DNA of 64,000 nt from Candidatus Poribacteria bacterium (GTDB taxonomy: Bacteria > Poribacteria > WGA-4E > WGA-3G), in NCBI GenBank assembly GCA_965200395.1, contig CBDAUH010000003.1:874398-938397 (forward strand), in the 5' to 3' direction. Under the pieces are notes generated by a model, which saw only the letters and a list, made by a program, of their open reading frames with translations, did no database searches and had not been told where the DNA came from. Position 1 is the stretch's first letter; every line of letters starts with the position of its first letter. Of this stretch, positions 19,081-27,535 are shown piece by piece. The position numbers were made by a program, and so were the translations under genes.

Positions 19081-22000
19081 TTAAAATTCTCGTTCTTCGT
19101 ACATCTTCGCGTTTGTAATCTCTACTTCCAGTATGGCGACAAACTCATCAACCCACTGTTTTACATTCTCATTGTCTTCGCTCGCTTTTATACGGCAAAG
19201 TTTCTGCTTTTTCGCTTGATAGTTTTCACTTTTCAACCCCATCGTTACTCCTTCGAAAAAATTGGAGATGAGCGCACTGCGAACATCTTCTCTATTACCA
19301 TAGCGGACGAGGATTTTTCGCGCCAAGGAATCGCCCCATTCCGCTGCTGCAAGCGTTTTCGGAACACACCCACGCGCAAGAGACCTTGCGCGCTTTTCTA
19401 CGTCTTCGTCAATCCATTCCCAGATGTTTTTCGGTGGGATCAAGGTCAATGCGCCTGTTCCTTTTTTCGTCTCCGAGAGGTCTGTCTCTCTCATCCATTT
19501 TTCAAAAGCGCGTGTTCTCCAAAAGTCTTCTGAATCTTCTAAGGCGTTGCTAACGCGTTTCCAAACCGCTACTGGGGCCTGTTTCGCCATTTCGGTGAGA
19601 ATAGAATTCGTCTGTGAATAGACATCAAACAGTGCTCCCTTTTTACCGAAGTGAACCAGCATACGTTCTACAAGTTCTAAAGCTTTTGTTGGATGGTGGT
19701 GTATGAACATTTTTCCGATTTTTGTCCAATGATAAGTCATCATGCTATCGGTTTGATGTTCTTCCAACACGGATGAATGCGTGAGCACTTGGAACGTAGG
19801 ATCAAGCGGTAAAACCTGTTCGTTTTTATTTAAGATATAGTAACGGTGATACAGCTTTAAGGCGATGGCTACGGCAGATGTCTCCGTGGATTCCAGTAAA
19901 AATTCAATCCATTTCTCAAAGACTCCAACCGATAGATTTTCTAAGCCTTTAGCGGAGCTCAATATTCCGAAGTGCTTATGATTGATGATTCCGTTTTGCG
20001 CGAGTTTCAGGAGGCTCACCCCCGCTGCATCTGTCATGCCTGAATACGAGATGAGTTCCGGAATGTGCACATTCAGTATTATATCTTCGCTGAGCGTCTC
20101 TAGTTGCTTTTCCCATCTCTCAAGGTCGGTGTTAAGGAGTGCAGAAAAATAACCTCCCAGAAAATACACGCTTGCATTTTCTGGGACGTTTCGCTGAGCC
20201 TCCAGCAGCATTGGGAGCAGCGAAAAACCGTTATCTTCTTGACCGAGTGCTTCTCCAAACCGATACCCGTTGTGTGCTTCAGTTGTGGCGAGCCATCGCA
20301 GTTCAGATTGCAAAAGCGATGGTGTCTCCACGGCTTGTTGTGCAAGGACCTGTATCTGTGGATGCCCGTGTACAAGATGATTTTTGTTTTCGTCAAAGTC
20401 GTCTGTGAGCAAATTCATTCCGACATACCGTTGCAGCCTCGATGGAAAGTTATCTCCTAGTAAATCGTCTATGAGCTGTTCCAACTGCTTGCGGATGTCA
20501 ACGGATAAACCTTTGCCATTGACGTAGGAATCATCATGAGACAGAATGTGACTCAGGGCGGTGATCACCTGCTTTTCGGTTGCATACCCTTTTTCAACGG
20601 TTGTTCTCATTGTACGGACAACGGTAGCTGCGAGATCGGGGATTCTCGCCATCGCGCTTGCATGACTCAGCAGAATGTTTATTCCTGTCTCACGCTCATC
20701 TTCAGGTAATATGGGCAATTGCGTAGACAAGAGTTGCCAGACGCGTCGGTAGGCATCCCAAAGTTCACCGTATGTTTTAGGGACCCAAAACGCGGGTTCT
20801 TTGCGTAGCCCTTGATATTCAGCACTTCCTGTCCGTGAAAAAAACTCTGATGTGAGTGCGGAGTCGCAAGCCCTTAAAGCAAGGAGTCTGCGTGCCTTGG
20901 ACTTAGATTTAAGTGCCTCTTCCAAGACAGGGAACCGCTCTGCGGGGGAGGCTTCGGAATGTGCAATGGGGCCAGATCCCGGTGAGAATATCTCGACAAA
21001 CATACCACTGGCGTTGTTTGCACAGCCCTCATTCTCTGCTTCGCCGAGGGCAAGCAGGAGACGCGCCGCATCTGTGAACAGATCTCGCCAAAATGCAATT
21101 TTTTCGAGGGCATATACGATGTTTCTTCTGCTATCTGTGAGTTGCAAAAGCGTTTTTCTGTCCCATTTCCCCACGGTTGCCTTAAGGCATTTTAAGGCAG
21201 AGGCGGGATCAGCGTTTGTCAATGCTAAAAAAAAACGGCTGCCCAGTCTTGTTTTCAGAGATTCGTTATTCTGGAAGGGGCCCTCTGGCCCGAGGAGGTC
21301 TCTGGCAATACCGGAGGCTGCTTCCGATTCAGCTGCGTACTCGAACATCTCGTAGAACCACTCAACCAATCTTGGGGGTAAGTCTTCAATGAACTGTTCA
21401 AGATGAAACAGTCTATGATGCCGTTCCCACCACTGTGTCCATAACTTGATATGGAGTGCTTTGGGTGTAATGTAGAGTGTGAATTCACCTTGAAGGATTT
21501 TACGTTCTTTGAGTTCGTGGAGGATATTTTCAAATTTGTGGGGTGTAATTTCTGGTGCTGCCGCCTGTACTTTTTTTGCGATGGCTTCTGCCTCAACAGC
21601 AACAGAGCGTTCATAGCCGAACCGCTTAAAGAGTGCCAGATGTTGGAGGATTAATCGCCGGTGTTCTGTTTTTTGGTGGTCGTCATCGCCTGCTGCGATA
21701 TAACGTTCCCATATATCCACTGTATCAGGTGGGAGCAGTACATCTTCTGGATGATTTACCAAATTCCATCCGATGACGTGTGCGACCCTGGGGGAGCCGC
21801 CGCAGAGTTCAGCCCACCGATTGACTGAAGGGGCAGAGATCGTCGTATACGTCTCAATGATGCTGCGAATTTGTCCATCTTCAAGTGGTGGCGCGACATA
21901 AGGGATAATGCCGCTGGTCCGCTCCTCATAGTCGTTATAGATCGTAACCAATTTAACGCGAGGTCCGCGGTGTCTTAATTTCTGCCAAATCTCATATTTG

Positions 22001-22860
22001 TTGTCTGGGTCACATTCATCAATAACGACAATCGCACAAAATGGGTTATCCTCTCGGAGCAGCGCGTTTATCAAAACACTGTCTCGAAATTGTGATGGTG
22101 TGCAGTAGATTACTAAAGGTGATAAATCTTCTGCCCGCGTTGCTTCAAGCACTAATCGCGTTTTACCAATACCGGGTTCACCTAAGACGCGTATGTGAAC
22201 GGTATCTTCATCTCGCCGCAATTCGTTTTGTAGCTCTTCAATAAAGTCTTCTTGTGCCTGTCCGAGAAACAGCGGGTCCTGCATACCCGCATTCTGCTCC
22301 CAGCTCTGATGGGTTTGAAATTTTGCCTCGCTAAGTTCCTTGGTGTCCAATGCTAACGATGGGAACCGTTCAACAAAACCGATGAGCGTATTCTGACTCC
22401 ACACCTCAACTTTTGGGGGTTGTCCGTGTTCAGATGTCAGAATGCTCTTAATGTGAGAAAGGATTGCTCTGTGTTCACTATCAACAAGGTCAATTCCGGT
22501 GCATACCAAAACGTAAGTTCCATCAGCCTCAAGACAGGCTTGAATACCTTCCTTAATGTTTTCTTGTATATTGAGGAGTTCTTTTTCGATATTTGGTTTT
22601 GTTTTTCCTGATTTGATCTGATAGAAGGTTTTGCCTGGCTTAATGAGGCCTCCGCTGATTGTTTCTTGAGCTTCGTTCACAGTTGCATCGATCCCTCCAT
22701 CTGGGACATGCACACGGCGCGATATATTTATTTTTCCGATTTCTACGCCGAGTCTACGCGCTTCTGCCCACAGCAGCTTCTGAAAGAACGTAACTGCCCT
22801 CTCCGGATTGAGTTGAGCAAGGTCGCTGTTCTTCAGGGTGAAAATATTTTCATGATGCAT
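19081..22860 (-). CDS. STAND-type P-loop NTPase with N-terminal Mrr-like nuclease domain and about 800-aa C-terminal helical-repeat sensor region (Avs-like candidate)
   Basis: N-terminal segment VHVPDGGIDATVNEAQ...YQIKSGK fits the Mrr-cat D-(E/Q)xK pattern. Walker A VLGEPGIGKT and Walker B IVVIDECD are present. ATG at 22860 with a GGGGGAG ribosome-binding site. Confidence 0.7.
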   Translation of the reverse strand: MHHENIFTLKNSDLAQLNPERAVTFFQKLLWAEARRLGVEIGKINISRRVHVPDGGIDATVNEAQETISGGLIKPGKTFYQIKSGKTKPNIEKELLNIQENIKEGIQACLEADGTYVLVCTGIDLVDSEHRAILSHIKSILTSEHGQPPKVEVWSQNTLIGFVERFPSLALDTKELSEAKFQTHQSWEQNAGMQDPLFLGQAQEDFIEELQNELRRDEDTVHIRVLGEPGIGKTRLVLEATRAEDLSPLVIYCTPSQFRDSVLINALLREDNPFCAIVVIDECDPDNKYEIWQKLRHRGPRVKLVTIYNDYEERTSGIIPYVAPPLEDGQIRSIIETYTTISAPSVNRWAELCGGSPRVAHVIGWNLVNHPEDVLLPPDTVDIWERYIAAGDDDHQKTEHRRLILQHLALFKRFGYERSVAVEAEAIAKKVQAAAPEITPHKFENILHELKERKILQGEFTLYITPKALHIKLWTQWWERHHRLFHLEQFIEDLPPRLVEWFYEMFEYAAESEAASGIARDLLGPEGPFQNNESLKTRLGSRFFLALTNADPASALKCLKATVGKWDRKTLLQLTDSRRNIVYALEKIAFWRDLFTDAARLLLALGEAENEGCANNASGMFVEIFSPGSGPIAHSEASPAERFPVLEEALKSKSKARRLLALRACDSALTSEFFSRTGSAEYQGLRKEPAFWVPKTYGELWDAYRRVWQLLSTQLPILPEDERETGINILLSHASAMARIPDLAATVVRTMRTTVEKGYATEKQVITALSHILSHDDSYVNGKGLSVDIRKQLEQLIDDLLGDNFPSRLQRYVGMNLLTDDFDENKNHLVHGHPQIQVLAQQAVETPSLLQSELRWLATTEAHNGYRFGEALGQEDNGFSLLPMLLEAQRNVPENASVYFLGGYFSALLNTDLERWEKQLETLSEDIILNVHIPELISYSGMTDAAGVSLLKLAQNGIINHKHFGILSSAKGLENLSVGVFEKWIEFLLESTETSAVAIALKLYHRYYILNKNEQVLPLDPTFQVLTHSSVLEEHQTDSMMTYHWTKIGKMFIHHHPTKALELVERMLVHFGKKGALFDVYSQTNSILTEMAKQAPVAVWKRVSNALEDSEDFWRTRAFEKWMRETDLSETKKGTGALTLIPPKNIWEWIDEDVEKRARSLARGCVPKTLAAAEWGDSLARKILVRYGNREDVRSALISNFFEGVTMGLKSENYQAKKQKLCRIKASEDNENVKQWVDEFVAILEVEITNAKMYEEREF

Positions 22861-22963
22861 TACTTCACTCCCCCAAATTACTGAATTCTCTATCAGTTGT
22901 TGTGTGTGTCCAAATTGTTCAGTTTTCTTCAGTGATTGCGGTGTGCTTCTAAACTGTTTCTAC

Positions 22964-24642
22964 TCACCTATTAAGAATACGTAGCAGCTTCTCGATATCT
23001 GCTTTGAGATTTGCATTGCCTGCTTGTGTCGCAAGCCGCAGTGCAGTGCGGAAGTCTTGTCTCGCTTCCAGTGTCCGACCTAAGCTACCCTTCGCAAGTC
23101 CTCGACCGTAGTATGCATCGGCATAATCAGGTTTTAGTCTTATGGTGGTGTCATAATCGGCAATCGCAGCAAAATGTTGGCCTAAGTTACCCTTTGCAAC
23201 TCCCCGGTTGTAGTATGCTAAAACATAGTCGGGTTTTAATCTTATAGCGGTGTCATAATCGGCAATCGCTTCAAAATGTCGTCCTAAGTTTTTCTTCGCA
23301 AGTCCCCGGTTGTTGTATGCTTTGGCATCATTTGGTTTTAGTCTTATAGCGGTATCATAATCGGCAATCGCAGCAATGTATTGTCCTAAATCGGTCTTCA
23401 CATTTCCCTGATTATAGTATGATGATACCTCATCGGGTTTTAGTCTTATAGCGATGTTATAATCGGCAATCGCCTTAAAATGTTGTCCTAAATTAGCGTT
23501 CACATTTCCTCGGTTGTTGTATGCTTTGGCATCATTAGGTTGTAATCTTATGGCGGTGTCATAATCGGCAATCGCAGCAGTGTATTGCCCTAAATCAGCC
23601 TTCGCCAGTCCTCGGTTGTTGTATGCTTTGGCCTCATTTGGTTTTAGCCTTATGGCGATGTTATAATCAGCAATTGCCTCAAAATGTTGCCTCAACTTAT
23701 GCTTCACAAATCCCCGGTTGTTGTATGCTTCGACATAATCAGGTTTTAGTCTTATAGCAGTGTCGTAATCGGCAATCGCCTCAAAATGTTGCCCCAGGTT
23801 ATACTTCGCAAGTCCGCGACTGTAGTATGCCGTGGCATTCTTTGGTTCGAGTTTTATGGCCTTGGTATAGTCTGCGATGGCACCTATATAATCGCCTAAC
23901 TCGGACTTCACATTCCCCCACAGGAGGTAGGTCTCCGCAGAGATAGAAGATTGTCCTTGTGATAAAGGTTTTGACAGCCCCGGCCCCTCCAGCAGCTTCT
24001 TAAGGTATCTGGATGGAATAGCGAAGTTGAGGTTCTGTGCATCCAAAGATCTATGGTAGAAAAGGACACACCGATTACTTTACCTTTTTTGTTTAGCACA
24101 GGACCGCCACTGCTCCCCGGAGAGATCGGCGCAGTCATCTGCAAACGTTCTTTTGTGTACTTATCTCGCCGGCTACTGATAATGCCATCCGAGAAGGTGC
24201 CTTCTAACCCTTTCGGATTACCTGCAACGTAGACTGTCTCACCGATCCGCACAGTATCGCTTTCGCCCAGCGAAAGTGGTTTGATGCCGTACGCTGTCAC
24301 CTTTAGGAGTGCAAGGTCGTTTATCTTGTCGGTTGCTGTAACGCCTTCAATCTTGTATTGGGTGTATTTACCGACTAACTTTGCAGTGCCTTTAGCTGCG
24401 CCTTCAATTACGTGGTGGTTGGTAGCAATAAGATTAGACTTTACAAAGAACCCGCTGCCGATTCCGAGGGTTTTTCCGTTTTTGTCCTGCATCTTCAAGT
24501 ATACTGTTGCTGCTAACGCTTTTTCTGCGATGTCTTCGGCAGGGAGGGTGGTTTGTGCTGGTGCTGTGATTGTTATGCAAAAGAGGAAAAAAGCGGCTGC
24601 ACATTGGGGGAATATCCACGATAATTTATGTCTGTATTTCAT
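22964..24642 (-). pseudogene. Trypsin-like protease with TPR array, paralog 3, frameshifted
   Basis: Split into ORFs 23908-24642 and 22964-24046. A 1-nt deletion relative to the paralogs lies near 24050; about 9 TPR units. Confidence 0.55.
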
Positions 24643-24698
24643 GGTATTTTCCTTTGATGGTATAGCTTGTTTTGGAGACTGAAGATGCTATTGACAAA

Positions 24699-24727
24699 AT
24701 GATAACACAATTTGCTGAAGGTGTCAA
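24699..24727 (-). promoter_or_regulatory. Sigma70-like promoter of protease paralog 3
   Basis: Minus strand reads TTGACA-17 nt-TATCAT. Confidence 0.5.
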
Positions 24728-24766
24728 GGGTGTATTTGTTTTGTCAGTTGGATTTTGTAGTGAAGT

Positions 24767-25834
24767 CTAAAACTTCAGTCCTACACTAACGCGGTGTGCA
24801 TCATTTAGGTATCCAAAATCAGCGAATGCGTAATCTAACGATAGCAGTGTGTTACCGAACTTTAAATGTATTCCTAAACCGAGGGTCAATCCTTCCACGT
24901 CGTCACTGCGGTCAGGGCCTAAACGGAATTTGTAGCCTGCTCGAAGTGCTGCCATCTTTCTATACCAGTATTCTATGCCGAGATTCAAACGTTCACTGTT
25001 ATCGTTCGGATGATTACCGTCAAGGGCGATAGTGAGAAGGTTGCTTTCGTTATCGATTAGGTCATAAGCTAAACCGAGTCTAAAGTTAGATGGTAGCGGA
25101 AATTCGACGGTATCTAGCGTTGCTTTAACTGGTGGATTTGTAGTATCTGGATGCGGTGGATATTCTGCAAGTTGTTCATTCCCCGCAACTTCGGTACCTG
25201 CCTGAAGATCAGGGCCGCTGAAACGCATTTCAGGCCCAAAATTAGCGAAGGACATTCCGATTCGGAGGCTACGCCATCCTGTGTGGTATAAGGTGCCGAC
25301 ATCTATAGCAACCCCTCTTGCGCTTTCTCGATGAACTTGCTGATGGATATATTTGGTATTGATACCGAAGGAGAGCGTGGCACCGGATTCTTTTCGATAG
25401 AGTTGTCTGGAATATGCAAGTGAGACTGCGGTATCCCATGCGGAGTACCAAAGTCCTGTGCCATCCGGGGAGTCAAGCGTTGTGATTTCGGTATCGGGAA
25501 CGTTGAGAAATGTGACACTTGCTCCTAATGTGCCGATCTTCTCTATAGGTATTGCAAAGGCGAGATAGTTGTATCGGACATCTGCAAGCCAGATCGTGTG
25601 TGTATCTGAAAAGCTGGTTTTTTTGAGTTGGCTTAACCCTGCTGGATTCCAATAGATAGTTGTGACGTCGTTTGCAATTGCGCCGAATGCGCCACCTAAA
25701 CTGTCCACGCGTGCGCCAGGTCCAATTTTGAGAAATTGTGCGCCAGCGGTTCCCACATTCGTTGTGGCATAACCGGGAACTATCAATGAAAACATAAGAA
25801 TAAACGTGAATAGTAGAACATGGTAGTGCTGCAT
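24767..25834 (-). CDS. Outer-membrane beta-barrel protein, PorV/UPF0164-like
   Basis: Signal peptide MQHYHVLLFTFILMFSLIVPGYA, alternating-hydrophobic beta-strand pattern, C-terminus ...VSVGLKF ending in Phe. ATG at 25834. Confidence 0.5.
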   Translation of the reverse strand: MQHYHVLLFTFILMFSLIVPGYATTNVGTAGAQFLKIGPGARVDSLGGAFGAIANDVTTIYWNPAGLSQLKKTSFSDTHTIWLADVRYNYLAFAIPIEKIGTLGASVTFLNVPDTEITTLDSPDGTGLWYSAWDTAVSLAYSRQLYRKESGATLSFGINTKYIHQQVHRESARGVAIDVGTLYHTGWRSLRIGMSFANFGPEMRFSGPDLQAGTEVAGNEQLAEYPPHPDTTNPPVKATLDTVEFPLPSNFRLGLAYDLIDNESNLLTIALDGNHPNDNSERLNLGIEYWYRKMAALRAGYKFRLGPDRSDDVEGLTLGLGIHLKFGNTLLSLDYAFADFGYLNDAHRVSVGLKF

Positions 25835-25911
25835 GTCTGCCTTTTGTACTTTTGCTAACGATGTGTCTTGTCTATTTGGGTAAAAAGTAACATTGTGCAT
25901 GTATTTCTCCT

Positions 25912-26418
25912 TTATCGAATGATTGCGAAGCGTCCGACCTTATTTCCGATGACTTCATTATTTTCATCTTGTGCTTCGACATGGAAGATATAAACGCCGC
26001 TGGCAAGGGCTTGATTATAGCGGTTGAGCAGATCGAATTCCGCTGTTCCGCCTTTGTCTCCTTGTGCTAATCGTTCGTCTGGCTTGAAGTCATCGCTACT
26101 TTCGTGTTTGATTTCACGGACTAGTTCCCCTGCCAACGTATAGATTCGTATAGTGCATCGTGGTGGCAGCCGTGTGAAGAAGATTTTGTCCGCTCCTTCA
26201 ACATTTTCCGCTTTGTTCGTAACAAAGTATGGATTTGGCACGACACGGATTCTATCGAGGTCTGCTTTGATGTTTTCGGATTCAAGTGATTCTTTTTTTG
26301 TGGTGAGTAGCTGCTCATCACCGTCCTGTGGGGCGCGGATACCTCCCATTTCAACGGTAAATACATCACCTTCAGATATTTCTCCATTTGGGTCGGAGAT
26401 ATAGACATAATACCATTT
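25912..26418 (-). CDS. C-terminal secretion/sorting-like domain (T9SS-CTD or FlgD-Ig-like), probably a detached C-terminal fragment
   Basis: VVPNPYFVTNKAENVEGADKIFFTRLPPRCTIRIYTLAGELVREI...SGVYIFHVEAQDENNEVIGNKVGRFAIIR. The open frame starts immediately at the IS630 boundary at about 26419. Confidence 0.45.
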   Translation of the reverse strand, partial: KWYYVYISDPNGEISEGDVFTVEMGGIRAPQDGDEQLLTTKKESLESENIKADLDRIRVVPNPYFVTNKAENVEGADKIFFTRLPPRCTIRIYTLAGELVREIKHESSDDFKPDERLAQGDKGGTAEFDLLNRYNQALASGVYIFHVEAQDENNEVIGNKVGRFAIIR

Positions 26419-26426
26419 CTAAGAGT

Positions 26427-27113
26427 TTATACTGCATTAGCAGCCTTTATGAAATGTGAGAACCCAGTGAGTTTAGCGATAGCAGCATCGGAATAACTTT
26501 GAAGTATCTCCGTCACTTTCGCTTGCATAGCCTCAAGCGTCTCATAGAACTCGGTAAACAACTTCGCTTTCAAGTCTTGCCAGAAACGCTCAATTGGGTT
26601 CAACTCCGGACTATACGGCGGTAAGAAAAGTAAAACAACATTAGCAGGAACCACTAACGATTTAGCATGATGAAAACGACCCTTATCAAGCACTAATAAG
26701 TTGAGGCTCTCCGCGTAGGCAACCGATACAGCATCAATGAAACACTGAAAACAATCTGAAGTCAAGTGGGAAAGTTCTAAGAAAAATCGCTCACCTGTCA
26801 AAGGTTCAACCGCACCATAGAGATAAACCGATGTATATTGGTAATCTATCTTCGCGACAGGTTTGACACCGCGTTGCGTGATACGCCGTTCTGTAGTAGG
26901 CAAAAGACCATATCGCGTCTCATCTTGACTGAAAACACGAACGCTTTGAAAATCCGCACCTTTTTCAGCAACCGCATCAGCGACATGTTTGCTAAACTCG
27001 GAGCGGAATGTTTCAGTCGCTACTGCGTTTTTTTTTACATGGCTCTTACGAGGCACTTTGAGTTTGGCTCCCCATTTATCATGAACCATTGCGTAAACAG
27101 TTTTATAGTTCAT
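26427..27113 (-). CDS. IS630 transposase, DDE domain (orfB)
   Basis: ...FLPPYSPELNPIERFWQDLK is the DDE_3 signature. Confidence 0.75.
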   Translation of the reverse strand: MNYKTVYAMVHDKWGAKLKVPRKSHVKKNAVATETFRSEFSKHVADAVAEKGADFQSVRVFSQDETRYGLLPTTERRITQRGVKPVAKIDYQYTSVYLYGAVEPLTGERFFLELSHLTSDCFQCFIDAVSVAYAESLNLLVLDKGRFHHAKSLVVPANVVLLFLPPYSPELNPIERFWQDLKAKLFTEFYETLEAMQAKVTEILQSYSDAAIAKLTGFSHFIKAANAV

Positions 27114-27478
27114 TTGATGCCAAACGTGTCAGCGATATACTTTTGGATTTCCACATAACTCGTAAAACCTTCAGGTTTCCGCAGTTCTTCAAGTAAGAGG
27201 GTTTGCTGTTCTTCAGTGAGGATGGGTTCGCGTCCGGGGGCGTATCCGCGTTGCAGCATTTTCTCAAGTCCGCCGGTTTCATAAGCATGTAGCCAGGTGC
27301 CGACACTTGTGCGATCAACGCCGAGGAGGCGGGCGACTTGGACACGATTTTTCGCCTCGCCACTTTTCAAGAGATAGAGCATATTCAGGCGCAGGATTTC
27401 ATGCTTCTTTTTCGCTTTTCGTAAGAGGTCTTTCAAGACCTCTACACTTTCTGTAATCTCTGGCACTTTTTTATTCAT
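27110..27478 (-). CDS. IS630 transposase, N-terminal HTH domain (orfA)
   Basis: Helix-turn-helix region ARLLGVDRTSVGTWL. It overlaps orfB by 4 nt. Confidence 0.7.
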   Translation of the reverse strand: MNKKVPEITESVEVLKDLLRKAKKKHEILRLNMLYLLKSGEAKNRVQVARLLGVDRTSVGTWLHAYETGGLEKMLQRGYAPGREPILTEEQQTLLLEELRKPEGFTSYVEIQKYIADTFGIK

Positions 27479-27535
27479 GGATGTTTCACTCCTTTAAAAG
27501 AATGGGGACCATAATAACACAGTTATGAAGAATAG

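Larger units (their letters stand above)
26420..27535 (-). mobile_element. IS630-family insertion sequence (ends approximate)
   Basis: orfA (HTH domain) and orfB (DDE domain) overlap in the IS630 frameshift arrangement. The ends are not resolved from the inverted repeats. Confidence 0.55.

Noticed and set aside
26400-26460. Precise IS630 terminal inverted repeats
   Set aside because: The candidate inverted repeats at the two ends match only about 60%. The boundaries are given as approximate from the flanking ORF ends.
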